Source of the DNA: Nitrososphaeraceae archaeon
GTDB taxonomy: Archaea > Thermoproteota > Nitrososphaeria > Nitrososphaerales > Nitrososphaeraceae
Assembly: GCA_035297365.1 (NCBI GenBank)
Contig: DATGZA010000014.1
Location: 1 to 64,000, forward strand
DNA length: 64,000 nt
Direction: 5' to 3'
This document shows, piece by piece, positions 61,717-64,000 of this stretch (position 1 is its first letter; every line of letters begins with the position of its first letter). Position numbers and translations under genes: made by a program. The notes under the pieces were generated by a model. That model did no database searches. It saw nothing but the letters and a program-made list of their open reading frames with translations, and was not told the DNA's origin.

Positions 61717-64000
61717 TTATCCAGATACACAACTGCTAAATCCACATTCTATGCACACATTACATCCCTCAGTGATAATGAGTTTTGATTTACAAGATGG
61801 ACAGAGATCACTTTCGTCTATTTCCATCATTGTTTTTTGAATTAATTCAACATTCTTGTTAAAATTTGAAGTTATCAAAACATCGCGTTCTTCTTTTTTC
61901 ACGTTATCAAATATTTTACTTAGATATTGAACTATATATGGCTCTTTTATATGGGTATGAATATAATTAGTAACATAATCACTTGGTTTTACAATGAAAG
62001 ATTTTTCAAATGTATTTGTTCCTGGAATATGTAAAACCTGTTCATTTCGTGAGCCATCTCTATATACAGTAACACCCTTTAATCCCAATTCATGAGAAAG
62101 TAGATATGAAGATTTTACATCTTCTACTGTGACGTCTCCAGGCATATTTATTGTCTTTGCAATAGCATTACTTATCCATTTTTGCCATATTGACTGTGCC
62201 ATGACATGATCTGTCCAATGAATATCTATTGCTGTTGTAAATATGGATTGTATCCATTTAGGAATTTCATCAAGACCTCTAACAGAGCCATAATTATTTG
62301 CTATTTTTGTTAATATTTCATCATTATAAAGACCATTTTCTTTTAATATATTTTCAAATATTTTATTAGTATAGAAAAATCTCCCAACAGTGACACGTTT
62401 TTCAAAAACCAATGCAAAAACAGGTTCAACACCGTTAGAACAATCTGCTATCATGGATAATGTACCGGTTGGAGCGATTGTAGTAGTCCAAGAATTACGT
62501 ATTCCAAATTTTCGGATTTTCTCGGTTAAAGATTCCCAATCATAAGCGTGCTGGTCTTTCGGTATTTCATAACACCCAGATACAGGTATTTTTCCATTCA
62601 CATAATCAGTTTCTTTAAACAATGGAAAAGGTCCTCTAGATTTAGCAACAGCAACACTTTCTTCCATGCTATAATAGGTTAATGTTTCAGATAGTTTATT
62701 CATAAATTCATAACCTTCTGTCGATGTGTAGGGAATACGTAACAAAAACAATAGATCTGCTATTCCCATTATTCCCAATCCTATTCTTCTAGTAAGTTTA
62801 GTATTATAATCGATTTCTTCTATTGGATATTTGTTCACATCTATAACATTATCAAGAAATCTCGATGACAAACGTATGGCTTGCTCATATCTATGCCAAT
62901 CAAATTCATACATACCATCTGCCTTTCTTTTAACAAAATTTGCGAGATTTATAGATCCTAAATTACAGGATTCATAAGGATATAACGATTGTTCGCCACA
63001 CGGATTGGTAGCCCTCAATGGACCATTTTTAGCTTTGAGGCATGGATTGTATTTATTAATATTGTCAAAAAATATTACACCGGGTTCGGCACTTTTCCAT
63101 GCACTTAAAGATATAAGGTCTATCAATTGATGCGAATCTATCTGTTTTACGGGTTCGTGAGTCCTTGGATTTTTGAGTGTAAATTTATTGTTGTTTTTAT
63201 TTATCAAAGAATTCCAGAAATCATCCCATAGTCCTACACTTACATTAAAGTTTTCAAATACACCTGATTTCGTCTTTGCAGTAATGAATTTTTCAATATC
63301 AGGATGCCAAGCTTCCAATATCCCCATGTTTGCACCCCGTCTTTTACCTCCCTGCTTTACAACATCAGTAATGGTATCAATGATTCTCATAAATGATGCA
63401 GGTCCTGAAGCAACTCCCGATGTAGATGCAACAATGTCACCTTCAGGCCTAAGATCCGAATAATTTATTCCCACTCCACCTCCAGATTTAAAAATCATGG
63501 CTGCATCAGAAGATGTTTTCATGATCAGACCCATATCATCAGGTATATCCAGGACAAAGCATGCTGAAAGTTGACCTAATCTTGCCCCAGCATTCATTAA
63601 TGTAGGTGTGTTTGGAAGAAAATCTTTTGACACCATTAATTCAAAATATTCTTTGATTTTGTCTTCAAAACATGTAAATTTCCCCTGTACAATTAATTTT
63701 AATATTTCCTTAAATGATAATTTCATTTGCCCTCTGGAGGATAATTGAACAAACAATCGTATCAGAGATTCAAAATGATATTTATTAAGATAATATTCAC
63801 CTATTTTCAATTTCAGATCGAACTCGTTTATTTTATCATAGTAATTAGTTGCTTCTTCAATATCCTGATTGTATCCTCCAGCCAAATTGAAAATAAGAGG
63901 ATCATGTAATATATCAGCAATAGAGACAAGAATCGCAACTCTTTCGAACATCTCCTTGGGTCCTTCAATAATCTCATTATTATCATCACGCAAGAGATAA
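61717..64000 (-). CDS. nrdJ: Class II (adenosylcobalamin-dependent) ribonucleotide reductase; 5' part lies outside the window
   Basis: PNTPTLMNAG, LSACF, QGGKRRGANM, ATNPCGEQ, CNLGSINL, TIAPTGT, C-terminal CPSC...CIECGFSSC; frame open to the edge (YLLRD). Confidence 0.93.
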   Translation of the reverse strand, partial: YLLRDDNNEIIEGPKEMFERVAILVSIADILHDPLIFNLAGGYNQDIEEATNYYDKINEFDLKLKIGEYYLNKYHFESLIRLFVQLSSRGQMKLSFKEILKLIVQGKFTCFEDKIKEYFELMVSKDFLPNTPTLMNAGARLGQLSACFVLDIPDDMGLIMKTSSDAAMIFKSGGGVGINYSDLRPEGDIVASTSGVASGPASFMRIIDTITDVVKQGGKRRGANMGILEAWHPDIEKFITAKTKSGVFENFNVSVGLWDDFWNSLINKNNNKFTLKNPRTHEPVKQIDSHQLIDLISLSAWKSAEPGVIFFDNINKYNPCLKAKNGPLRATNPCGEQSLYPYESCNLGSINLANFVKRKADGMYEFDWHRYEQAIRLSSRFLDNVIDVNKYPIEEIDYNTKLTRRIGLGIMGIADLLFLLRIPYTSTEGYEFMNKLSETLTYYSMEESVAVAKSRGPFPLFKETDYVNGKIPVSGCYEIPKDQHAYDWESLTEKIRKFGIRNSWTTTIAPTGTLSMIADCSNGVEPVFALVFEKRVTVGRFFYTNKIFENILKENGLYNDEILTKIANNYGSVRGLDEIPKWIQSIFTTAIDIHWTDHVMAQSIWQKWISNAIAKTINMPGDVTVEDVKSSYLLSHELGLKGVTVYRDGSRNEQVLHIPGTNTFEKSFIVKPSDYVTNYIHTHIKEPYIVQYLSKIFDNVKKEERDVLITSNFNKNVELIQKTMMEIDESDLCPSCKSKLIITEGCNVCIECGFSSCVSG

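Noticed and set aside
2371-63463. Numerous 60-120 aa ORFs antisense to or overlapping well-supported genes (e.g. 8351-8674, 12544-12870, 17792-18157, 41808-42140, 53322-53678, 63173-63463)
   Set aside because: Shadow ORFs on the opposite strand or an alternative frame of confident genes, with no motifs.
1-64000. CRISPR array, rRNA, provirus or integrase, and inteins (e.g. in nrdJ)
   Set aside because: No regularly spaced repeats, rRNA-like GC-rich tract, viral or integrase genes, or intein-sized insertions were seen in the visible sequence.

Overview
AT-rich archaeal chromosomal segment, most consistent with a soil-type ammonia-oxidising archaeon (Nitrososphaerota, Nitrososphaerales; Nitrosocosmicus-like by low GC and gene style, which is inference). 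Archaeal markers include rpl40e, rps17e, EndA, Cgi121, class I LysRS, Elp3, the archaeal DKFP shikimate route, and BHB-intron tRNAs. Most of the window is housekeeping: a complete aro cluster, pckA, prs, rnz, hom, purM, pyrB, nadE, etfBA-fixCX and class II RNR. It is interspersed with three decayed IS elements. Highlights read from the sequence: (1) a tRNA-Gln(CUG) gene split by three introns (10/11, 21/22, 37/38), each with a BHB-type motif, plus a tRNA-Arg(CCU) with a 15/16 intron; (2) a cysteine-free glutamate-racemase homologue, with both catalytic Cys replaced by Ser73/Ser184, paired with a stand-alone hydantoinase/oxoprolinase A-type ATPase; (3) an egghead/BRE-3-like GT2 near DedA and a truncated nucleotide-sugar dehydrogenase, a candidate glycolipid head-group or surface-glycan locus; (4) a 112-bp MITE-like insert whose removal restores an IS630 transposase motif; (5) two genes whose conserved N-termini lack any ATG/GTG/TTG start. 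All family assignments are from motif recognition by eye; no searches were run.
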